A stretch of 62,980 bases of DNA, filler included, from Welwitschia mirabilis (taxonomy: Eukaryota): the NCBI GenBank assembly GCA_051453625.1. It is 6 parts of one record of this genome, joined end to end, with 100 filler letters (N's around TTAATTAATTAA, not from the genome) between each part and the next. Parts side by side here need not be neighbours in the genome. Positions count along the whole stretch, not along the records: positions 1 to 21,810 come from JBOZIK010000001.1; positions 21,911 to 34,153 come from JBOZIK010000001.1; 4 more parts are not named here. One strand, given 5' to 3'. A model generated the notes under the pieces. It searched no databases. It had not been told where the DNA came from and saw only the letters and a program-made list of their open reading frames with translations. Below, piece after piece: positions 12,901-24,900 of this stretch. The position numbers were made by a program, and so were the translations under genes. Numbering within the stretch: position 1 is the stretch's first letter; every line of letters starts with the position of its first letter.

Positions 12901-15900
12901 AGGGCTAATACATCATGCTACTCTCTACCCTTGCTGCAGGGAGAATTATGGGGAAGTCCCACCTCTGTATACCTTCTTCTCTATTCTGCTTCTCTTTTTC
13001 CTTGAGGACAGATGGTTGTAGGGGCGTTACACCCTGATTTCTACTCAATTAGGCTGCTCTAGGCTTCTCCATTGAGAGGGATTAGCCCATTTCTCTCTTC
13101 CACACATACTGCAAATTTATGTCGAGTGGCCTTCTTTCCCAGAAACAAAAGAGATACAACAAAGATATTTCACACCAAACCCATACAATAGCAATGGACA
13201 GTCACAATTTGAGGCACAAAAGCAAGAATAACAATCCAACGTGTGACCCAAGGAAAGTTTAAATCACAAAACCCTGTAGATATATGATTTAACATGCAGA
13301 TGGACCTATACATGAGAGAATCTCCATCTACAGTCCTGCAAACTCCTTAGCACAGTAGAATTTGAAACGGCTGTCAAAATTGCACATACCAAAGCTATAC
13401 AAAATATGATATCATTGCAGCAGCAGCAATGCTAAAAAAATTAGAAGCATGATTGTTGCAAACAAAATCAAATATTCAAAATAAAAACTCGGTTGGGAGA
13501 GTCACAGATATTATTCAATATGCTTATCCCACTGGATTTGCATTCTCAAGGGAATCCCAAAAAAAGCCCAAAAAAAAAAAAGAAAAAGCATCCAGGCACA
13601 ATACAAGAAGATGTATCTGAACAAGTGGGCCCTTGTAAGCTTAATTCATTTACTTCTCTAGCATGCAATAGCTAATACAGAGTGCTCATGGGGAAAAGGA
13701 AATGTACTAATAACAAAAACAAAATAATGCATTCAAATTGGTATCAAACAAATGTTCTTTGTCATCTCAAAAGCATAATTAAAAGACACCCATATTCAAT
13801 GATATTTTCAAAAACCTCTCTCAACGTGCAGTAGCAGATTTTGCAATACTAAGAGTCTGAAATTAAGGGTTTGTGTAGCTTTAAGTACACAAATAAAAAG
13901 CACAGAAGAGTTTTTCCAAATACCAAATATCAAGGCACCCGTAGGTGAGGGTTTTCCTGTGGACCTTTTTAAAAACTACTGGGATATTGTGAGGCATGAT
14001 ATTTGTAACATGGTATACGAATTTTTGAGGACTGATGTGATCCTAAAAGCGCTGAATGTGATTTGGACTGCTTTGCAAAATTTTGGCACATTTTTTAACT
14101 CTCAAAATTCAGACAATGATTACTTCTCTGGTGGCTAAGAAACAGGCTGGCTTAATTCAGGGTAGACATATTCTTCATCAGGTCATCTTGGTTCAAGAGA
14201 TTCCTCATTCAGCTAGCCTCCAGAATGCTCCGATTTTGCTCTTAAACTAGATAAAACTCATAAAAGTAAGGCTTATGATATTGTTTGCTGGTGTTGGAGT
14301 TGAAGTCAAATCCTCTTTTGTATCTTCTATTTTTCCCTTGTTGTAGCACTTTGTTTTTAAAGTGTGTTTCTCTTCTTATATTATAAAGTGAGAGAGGGCT
14401 GTTTATAAAGTCAATGTAAAATTAGGATTTTTAACCTAAAATGAGTCTAAAGGGAAGGGTTTTGAGGGAGGAGCATTNNNNNNNNNNNNNNNNNNNNNNN
14501 NNNNNNNNNNNNNNNNNNNNNNNNNNNNNNNNNNNNNNNNNNNNNNCTCTTCATTGCGTCCATGGTTTTGTTCCTCACGTTGGGGTTTCCATGTAAATTC
14601 CTGTGTGCTGTTTTGCTTTGTGTTTCTGCTATTTTTCGCTGCTGTTTTTAACAGCTAGAACTACATGAATTTGGTTCTAAGGAAATTTGGCTTCCCTAGG
14701 CACTGGGTTCATAAACTTGATCAATGTTTTACTGGCTCACAATTCTCCCTTTTGGTTAACAGACATCATTAAGGAGGATTTTTCAGTATAGAATGGTATA
14801 AGACAAGGTTATCCAATTAGTCCTTATTTGTTTATTCTTGATATGAAGGTTTTGGAGCCTCCTTAAGAACTTTAAGGGATTAAGGCGTATTTGAGGGATT
14901 TGTCTCGCTTTTTGTTGTCCTTCCCTTACACAGACTTGTTGGTGCCACTAGGGGCATGGATGACTCAGAAGAGGAGAGGCATACAGCACTACTAGATGTC
15001 ATACAAAGGGTGATAGGTCTATCCATTAAAAAAAGAAAATACCATGTGTATTCCACACGAGGTAACCGCAGAATATATACCTTTCTTTATTAAGGGTCAT
15101 CAACTTAGCAAAAATCACCAATAATTACAATCAATATGATGTCATCGTTTAACTAACTAATAACTCTCATTTGCTAACATCCCAACCTCTAAGATTATGG
15201 GACATGAAACATGTCACAGTACGGAACTCAGAAACTTGTACCGCTGTGGGCAATCTAATTGTGTCATGATGCAGGTTCTTAATCCACATTTTCCACCAGG
15301 GCCCACAAAGAACATAACACCACTTTGGCATCACCTAAGTCATTTAAGCAACGGTACTTACGCAAGCAGTATACAACTCAACTTTCAGTCTTTGTCCTGT
15401 TATCAACAACATTCCCAAGATATAGTTTATCTCCCTAAGTGGTGTCATACTACTATCAACAAGATGGCTATATACACCAAACCACACAGTATATCATCTG
15501 TTATGAAACCTTATGTTCAGGATGATCATACAAGATCTAGACAATGTTCAGAAAATACATAATTCCACAACATCAACTATTAGTGCCTCTTAACATACAA
15601 AACGTTCAACACGTTCATATTTATCACGTGCTTTTCATGATCATCATGCCACAAACGAGAGGCAAGATGGAAATAATACTTCTTCCATGGCAAGATGTTG
15701 GTATGGGTAAATGACACATATCGAATTTATAAGTCAATACAGATTTATATTTGCAAGTTTTATATTATTTAACCATACTAAAAACTCTTTAGATTAATAA
15801 ACATCTCAATGCACAATTTACAGTTATAGTTCCGTTACTTATTATCCTTTGAAAAGTACCCTTCACGTACCAACTTTTTTAAGTTTATTACATGACACGA

Positions 15901-18900
15901 AACACGAAACAGTGTTTGAAATAAGATTTTGTATTACACAATTCTATTTACAATACATCCTTTTTTCAATCAGTAGGACTTGCAAAAACTATATCATGCT
16001 TACAACCTTGACGATTACATAGGTCCTTATAAGACAACTAAGACAAGGAGAATTATGAAAAGAAATCCTATTTTCTCACTTTAAGAGTTCAGCAAGAATT
16101 TCTTCCTCTAACTCTTCACTCTCACATTGAGGTTTTGCAACAAATTGCGCAACGAGTGCTGTAGGTTGGGAAATTGTAGGCAATCCTTCAACTAACGTTG
16201 ATGTTGCAACCTAAGTAAGTTTAGCTTTCTCCTCCTCTAATTGTTGAACTCTTTATTGTAAATCAAAAATAATATCCTTTTGTTCTAGAATTTTCTTATC
16301 TTTCTTTACAAGTTTATTTGTTTTATGTTCTATTAATTATTTCAGCTTCGTATTTTCTTACTGAAGTTTATGGATCGTAGCCTCCTTTACCCTAAGCTGC
16401 TTACTATGCTAGGTATTTTGGTCTTATATTTTACAATTTTAGTGGCAGAAGGCAGGACTGCCTGCTCAGCTTCTTCTTCCTTCTTCTTTAATGCCTGAGC
16501 TAAGGAATTGAGTGTGGTTCTTAATTTGTTTATTATATCTTCCCTTTGTCTTATCAACTACAAGAATAATAAAACAGATGCAGCCTGACTCTCTAACGAA
16601 AGGCTGAATGTTGTGTTATCAAACCTGAGACAATGAGGTGTGGAACAAAGCCATTTATCCTTCATCTACTCCACAACAAGATCTTACTTTTATTCAATCC
16701 AGGCAATGGCCTCTCTCTGCAATTCTATTTGCTTGTTGTCAGAACCAATCAATGTTGTGAATAGAAGATGCAACCTTTCAATGAAATATTATTAGTGGCC
16801 AAGTGTAGATAGGCCTCTCGAATGTTGTTGTCAACACAATCATACAAGTATTTGCTGATTTCTACCACACTTGATGGAACCAAACCCAGTAACTCTGGTT
16901 CACCTCTAGACAGGCCCTCCAAATGTGGTCCTTTTCCTTTTGTCCTACATTCATAGTCCAATGTTGTTCCATGGGACTTAGGCTGCTAACATCTGGGTGG
17001 CTACTAAGAAGTGGGTGGTTAAGAAGTACGGATCTGAGGCTAGCCTTGTGGGTTTTGGGCTGCAAGTTCCGACTCATGAAGAGCCTTCTGAAGCTCTTCT
17101 AACGAAGATGGTGGGACCAATCTTGTCCACTTGAAGTCACCTCCAAGACCAAAAAAATAGCCTAACATTCTCTAAAGACATTTTGGTCTCGGGAACCTAC
17201 ATCCTCTTTCCCGAGGTTATTCTATGTAGCCATACTAACACAATCATTAAAATTATACTAAAAGTAGCCCCTATTCCATTCAACAACTCCTTATTCCTGA
17301 ATTGCCTTACTATTATCATATCGATTCATTATAATAATTTGGGACAAAGAAATATCATTTCTAATTTGATGCCCCTTTAACAAATACCACAATCTAAACC
17401 CTGGCAATGTCTTCCTAGTGCCACTTGGGACAACTCTCTCGTTTATAACCACCAGCGCCATTTTGAAAGACTCTTTCAGTAAATCTATAGAAATTTTCCA
17501 TNNNNNNNNNNNNNNNNNNNNNNNNNNNNNNNNNNNNNNNNNNNNNNNNNNNNNNNNNNNNNNNNNNNNNNNNNNNNNNNNNNNNNNNNNNNNNNNNNNN
17601 NGACTCTTTCAGTAAATCTAGAGAAATTTTCCCTTGTTAGCCAAAGTGTCCCATATTTGGGGGCAGTATTCTTTAAAGAACTTCCCCATTATTTCCCTCT
17701 TAGTATGATTAGAAATCTTTCATTTTTGTCTGAAATGGGCAGAGCAACATGGAACTGAAAACACATATCATGCTCCTAACAAGATCAATATCTAATGGGA
17801 CTTCTGATATCTCCCTTGTGTAATGTGCCATGATGGTTTTGTCTTTATACGTCCCTAGTGTGAGTCTAATGAGTGTCTTATCCATTCCTTCTGTTGGGGG
17901 CAAATAGTAATTGTATAACCCGACTCTTCAAATATTCTATCCATTCCATATCATAGGGACCTTGAGTAAAATCAAATCCATTTGTCATAGACACATAATT
18001 TGGAATAGAAATGGTGGTTGGTCTCTATCCCAAGGCATAGGGAGCCAAAACAGACAGAGTCTGAATAGACGAAGTCTCTCTAACACTTTGTATAACATCT
18101 TCAGGAGGAGACTCATAAGACACTATGCTAAAAAAGCTCCCAAAAAAGATGCTCAAAAAATTGCAAAGGAGTTGCAGAAGCACCTTGTTACAGAAATCTC
18201 TAGACTCCGCTATAACTTGAAACCACGTGAACTCGACCTTGGCATTGGGCCACTGCCAATATGTAACTCCTTATTCATCAGCTCTCACGAAACATACTAA
18301 TTTTGTAAGCAATGCATATAGTCCATGGAATAGCTTGATTAGCTATGCCACCGCTCAGACTTTAATAGCTTGATCTAACCCATACTTGCATGGATCGGAG
18401 TGGATTTCAGAGCAGTTTTCATTATGGAAATTCCAGATCACCGGATCACTCCAGAGTAGGCTACAAATCACTCTAGATCATGAATTTTTTAAAACAAAAA
18501 AAAGAAAGAAAAAGAAATACATAAATTTTACTTTTTTTGACATTCTTGCAATTATGACGTTAATAAGTTATAGATACACTATAATTTCAATGTCTCTTAT
18601 TATTTTACAAGAGTGTATTTGGGCAATTGAATCTTGTATAACTTAAAACACTAAGCATTACCACATGAGTAAGTAAAAATTATAGTTCTAATATTTGATG
18701 TTTTTTAAGAGAAAACCTTCACTATTTGAAAAACAATTCAAAAGAACACCCTTTTTGAATCTAATTTGAAATGATCAAATCTTCAAAGAAAATTGTTTCT
18801 ATTGTATTCTTTTCCTATTCCAATTGACATATGACCCACTAGAATGACAAATGTGTCACAGAATGAAGCAGTTTTGCATGTTTAATCAAAAATTCAATTA

Positions 18901-21900
18901 AAATAGGTAAGGGATTTGAATCGCTCCAGATCGCAATCCAGAGTCACCTTTGGAGCATCTTCTTGGAATCACGATCCGAAATCATCTAGGTCATGATTCC
19001 AATCTGATCTAGATAAGTATAATCTAACTTATCGACTAGGCTACACTACGTTGCATCCTCTTGTGCATAAGCATATCCTATTGTACCATTTCCATGCGTG
19101 CAAAGAGATAGCTCTTAATTTTGAAAATAATGCCATTATATATTTGTGATTATGGAAATCTTCATCCAACTAAATTGGATTTTCACAATGGACTTTCTGA
19201 TACCATGTTAGTACAACTAGGGGTATAGATCACTTGGAAGAGACTACCCACACGACACTACTAAATGACATATTAAGGGTGACATGGCTATACGTAAAAC
19301 CAACAAAAACACCATGTGTATTCTACACCAAATAACCCTACAATATATACCTTTCTTTATTAAGGGGCCTTGCCAACAGTTACCAATAATTATCGATCAA
19401 TTATTTATGTTATTATTTAACTAATAATTCTCATTTGCCAAGAATTCAATTTGAAGGTGTATTTTTCTTGACTTCATGGGGATACCCAAAATATTGTTAA
19501 TATCCAAAATTGCTTGTCAAAATTTTCTACAACGTTAGGATTTTTACTAATTTTTCAAAAGAGCACAAATTTTGATCTTGGGGTTCCTCATGATCAGTTT
19601 CAACGTTTTTGTATGCTACTTGGCTGCCAAGAGGATGTTCTACCTACAAAATAGTTGGGCCTTCCAATTTCTTGAGGGAGGTCTGGTATTAAATATTGAG
19701 AAGAAATCTTTTCCAAATTTGATAATAAGTTAGCCAGTTGGAGTACTTTCATAGGTAGGTAGAATTCAATTGGTTAGAATTGTACCTAATTCCATTCCTT
19801 TATATTTTCTCACGCTTTAAAGCTCCTATATTACTAATTGAAAGGTTGGAAGGACTTCAAAGGTCATATGTTTGGTTAACTAAACAAGATCATTCCCTTC
19901 ATTCTCTTAAATGGAATCACATATGCAAATCATGGAAAGCATGAGAATGTAGAGTTACAAGGCTGATGAGCATGAATTTGGGATTGCTTGGGAAACTTGT
20001 TTGGCAGCTATCCATAACTTTTAAGCCATGGTAAAGCCAACGCATCACAAATACTTTTATGGTGGTCGCTTGCATTTTCATAATGTGCCTATGCTATCTA
20101 GAGCCAATCCTGTTTGGCAAAGCTTTGAATCTATTCATCCTCAGTTTGTAATGCACGCTACTAGCACTAATCAAATTAATAAGTGGAAAGGCTCACCAGC
20201 TTCTTCTATCACCTCAGCATTTAGTACAACGCATCATGAGGAACCAAATCTCAACTTACCACTTGGTCAAAGATGGCAATCATACCTTTACATCATATTT
20301 TCTTTCTAGATGTTTGCATGGTGAGTTCTTAGGAAGACTTTTCTTAAGAACCAAAGTTTGGTTCTAGACGACCCGTGCCCACATTGTTGCCTTTCCCCAA
20401 TCCATTCTCACTATTATTTTGAAGGTATGCTCAGAATTCATTACAGTGTCGCATGCCTACCTTTTCAAATTTTGAGAATTTAATAACACATTAACCAACG
20501 TCAAATGATAAAAAGAAGCATCTTCATATTCGTAGTTTACTTCCTTCAATATGTTATGAGCTTTGAATGTCTCAAAACCAGCTTGTTTTTTAACACATAC
20601 TCTTGCCTGCTAAATCAACATAGGTTAGGGCTCTTTGTGTGGAAAGATGCCATTGCTACAAAGAAGGAAGGTAATCAATAGGTTATGTGATTAGCTTTAT
20701 TTAGAAATTTAAATTTGATTTGGAGCTAGTATTTACTTATGCAAATTTTGTGGTTTAAAGTTTATGAATCTTAACCATAAATCAGCGTTAAAGAAAATGA
20801 AACAGCAAGCAAAATAAAAACACACAAAAATTTACGTGGAGAACCCTTTTGGGAAAAACCACAAGAAGTAGGCAAAGCCCTTATCCTTATTCAAACAGCA
20901 AAATAATCAATAGTACAAAACAAAACCCCAAGCAAACTTTAAATAAGTTTAGGGTTTCATGCAAAGACAATCTAGAATATTTATTCCCTTTCCCCTCTGC
21001 TTTTTTTTAATTTTAAATACGCCAAGCAGCTAAAACATAGCCTCCTTTTACAACATCACAAAAAAGATGATTTAGCATTAAAACATAATGTCACAACATA
21101 AACAAGCCAAATTTAGCTTCACTTTTCCAACATTCTCCCATTTCAAGAGAAATGTGGCAAGTTTTCAAGAACAACTCCTCATGTAACTCCGAGAAATGCC
21201 TACTTCCATGCTTCTAGAGCTTGTTCCCAAGCCAACTCCATTACAACGTGCCTCTTGCTTTGTGCCATCAATAGCCTTTCTCAGAGAATCAACATGATTT
21301 GCATGCGTGTGAATTTTCCAAACATCTAACAGACCTTTATTGATCTTCTGCTTGATGAAATGATATTAACATCAAGGCGTTTAGTTCTAGCATGATAAAC
21401 AGGATTCCTTGCTAGATGTATAGTGCTCTAATTGTCATAGTGCAAGATAAACTTGGTTTGANNNNNNNNNNNNNNNNNNNNNNNNNNNNNNNNNNNNNNN
21501 NNNNNNNNNNNNNNNNNNNNNNNNNNNNNNNNNNNNNNNNNNNNNNNNNNNNNNNNNNNNNTGCTCTAATTGTCATAGTGCAAGATAAACTTGGTTTGAC
21601 CAAGACCCAACTAGCCAAGAAAAGCATGAAACCACAACATCTCCTTAGTAGCTTCTATCAAAGCAACATACTCAGCTTCTGTGGTGGAAATAGCAGCATT
21701 AGATTGTAGAGAGGACATCTAGTTAACAGCTCTACCACCAAAAGTAAATACATACCCTCTAATAGACCTTCTGGTATCCCTTCAACCAGCATAATCAACA
21801 TCCACATACCNNNNNNNNNNNNNNNNNNNNNNNNNNNNNNNNNNNNNNNNNNNNTTAATTAATTAANNNNNNNNNNNNNNNNNNNNNNNNNNNNNNNNNN

Positions 21901-24900
21901 NNNNNNNNNNCATGAATGGCAACTTAATGTCAATGGGAATTTCACCATACTGAATACGCACTCAGGCATCGATTTGCCAATGCACAAAAATAGGATGTGC
22001 ATTCATAAGTTGATCACACATCAAATACACATGAGACTGGAGATCTTTGGCCAAAGGCCAAAAGCAAGGTTTTAATATTGTTCTAGTTAGAGCTTGATTT
22101 GGTGCAGTACCCAGGTGGAGGTGATCTGGTACATCTTTAGGACAGGCCCAGGGGAGCAAGGTATATGGCAAGGTGATGATATCAAGATGGTCAGTAGGGT
22201 ATAGGGCAACCTGGTGATACCAAGGAAGCATGGTATAGATCATTTATGGACTTCACCCACAGAAAAACACAATTAAGTGAAGACCATGCAATAGCATTCA
22301 ACTGGAATTGGTCTTAAAAGGAGGGCTGTGAAAACAACAACTGGCACGTCATTTGGCTTGTGTTTTATATATTATTCAATTTAGTTCATTAAGGTTAACC
22401 TACCATACCAAAGGCATGTTACAATATCATACTTAAAGCAAGCCACTCAAGCACTCAATCCCATGCCACACATATGACTCCAAAAATGCTTATGACTATT
22501 CTCTATTAAAGTATTAAATCTACATCTTATCCATGAAAAAACTGTACAGAGGCATAAATCCATGTGTTACTGAACATCCACCCTTGTTCAATCCAATTAT
22601 AGTACACTCTGTAGATCATGTTTCCAACCACATGATAATGAAGAAGCAAGGTAACTTGGTTCATGATTCAAAGCGAACTAACAACTCATTTTGACAAACT
22701 GAATGTCATGAAACAAGTGAAGAACGCAGCAAGAGAAAAAGGAACAAGCAAACCGAGAAATATAATGAGGTTCGGGCCCTTTTTACCCAACTTTTTAAAT
22801 AGATCCACTGCAAATGCAGCAGACATAAGAAACACGAGCCATTCCTCTAGCTGCAGACACAACTCAAAGGCAAGAATGCAAAATAACTTAAACCAAAACC
22901 ACACCCTCACATGAAACCCCAGAGTTTAATACAAAACCTTAAAATAGCATTGAATCCACGGCTCTGTTTTTTCGTTTTCTCTCTTCTTTTTTTTTTTTTG
23001 TTCGTTTGTTATGTTTACAACATAAAGTCACTAATAATATAAGAAAGGGATATATAAAGTTTGGCTTCATAATAACTAACATTGAAGAATTTTTATTGAA
23101 AATTCAGATAGTTTCAATGCCCTACAAAAGCTATTTCTGGTTTGAAAGGCATACCTCATCCGATGCACAAGTCTAACATTCCGAACCTGTAGAGAATAAA
23201 CAAAAGGAAATCAAAAATTTAGAACAGCTGCAAGTCATAGGTACAAAATATGACAATAATCGTATTGACATATTGACATGAAGTGCGGCATCATTAAATA
23301 TCTTTCTTTAAAAACAATAGGGCCATGCCATTACTTAGCGAATGAAATCAATCAGGACTCTAAGAAATGACCAAAAAGCTGAAGCAATAAAAAGATGCAT
23401 TATAGAACTCATCAATTGTGCCTATTCTTGAAACCATCTTCCAAAAATAGAACCTTTTGATAAGATGGCCTCAAAGATCAACAAGTCATTAGGTTATTAA
23501 AATTTCTACAATTTCAGCTATCTAATGTGACAAGTCATCCAGATGTAACAATACAAAGGTGAGGAAATTCTAATCTTCATGTTATCCTGTGATGTGTTCT
23601 TATTTTGATTATCTTAAAGGCTAACCAAAGCATAGATCATAGCAATGAAGTGAATCGGTGGTTTTGTCTTGGCTTCTCTCTAGCCAACATCCACGAGATG
23701 CAGCTGCAGACCTTTTAAATTTAATCTCCCAGTAGAAGAATTTGTTAAACATTGCAACAGAAAAACAGCATACAGAAACCAAACCAGCATTCATAAACAC
23801 GAAAAATTTCACCTGGTTAAGGCCCAGATCTCTCATTATCAACAGAAATGTCAAAGACACAAGCACCCTCATTAGCTAGGCATCAACACTCAAGATGAAC
23901 AAAACATTTACACTCACAACTCCTAACGAGACATATGAACCCCCCTTTAATAACAAACATTAGGGTAAAAACCCTAACAGAATGACCCAACATTTGACAT
24001 CTTTTAATTAATTTTAAGAACCACGTACAAAGAAGTAATAAGCATATGAGACCTACATACAAAATATTAGCAAGACGAGTGGAGCATAAAGTAAGATAAA
24101 CATGCAAACAGAAACAAAACACAAAAGGTTCCATGAGGTCCAGCCCCTTTCCAGCCTACGTCATTGGAAAAGCAGTACAGAGCTCTTACAAGTAGACAAA
24201 AGCTTCAAAGAACACAAATAACCATAAGGCACACCACACCCTCACCCTCAATGGCTTTTGAGGTATATATAGGAAAGGAGCTAGGTTCAAGAAGCAAGCC
24301 AAACTTAACTTCCTCCTAGCCACCGCATTCCCTTTTTCTTTGTTTTAATTTGACAACTACCCCAGCAGATTTTAACCATTTTATAATTAAAACCACCTTT
24401 CTACAATCAAATGTGGTCAACATAAGAATGTAACAAACAGCAGAATAAAAACAGACTTTGGCTTCACATTCCAACACATATACAGCCAATGCTATAACAG
24501 TCTCCAACTTTAAGACAGATTGGCAAGTTTCCAATATTATTACAAGAGATGTTGCACTTCGTCTAGTAAAACCCCACTCACATTCGCAAACATGTGTTTT
24601 GTGACACAATGGAGGTCTTACACTAGCTAAAGGTTTTGTCAACTTCCAAGTCAATGCCAACTCCCATGGTTCAATGGCAAGTTCACAACTACTACAATGA
24701 GTTATGTTGAAGCCTATAACTTGGAGCTTGGACAACATTCACCAAGACCATTTACCTCAACTAGAGTACAAGAAAATGTTGTTGCTCACATGTTTCCCAA
24801 TATGCTACAAGATCTTTCCAAAACAAGCTACTGAAGCAGCAATCTTAGTTATTTGTCCCAAACATAACAGGTTGACGAGCCTCTAACAAACTCACATCAT

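Larger units (their letters stand above)
13900..20650 (+). mobile_element. Decayed L1-type LINE ORF2, interrupted by two LTR insertions
   Basis: KAPVGEGFPVDLFKNYWDIV (~13933), QAGLIQGRHI, KLD..KAYDIVCW, GIRQGYPISPYLFIL (~14795), LPTK*LGLP (~19640), GRIQLVRIVPNSIPLYF, LKWNHICK, MNLGLLGKLVWQ. The motifs stay collinear across the insertions. Confidence 0.82.

Noticed and set aside
21855..21866. TTAATTAATTAA palindrome inside N runs (also 34198, 46545, 51250, 58944)
   Set aside because: Identical 12-mer centred in 100-nt gaps with stops in all frames: an assembly spacer, not biology.
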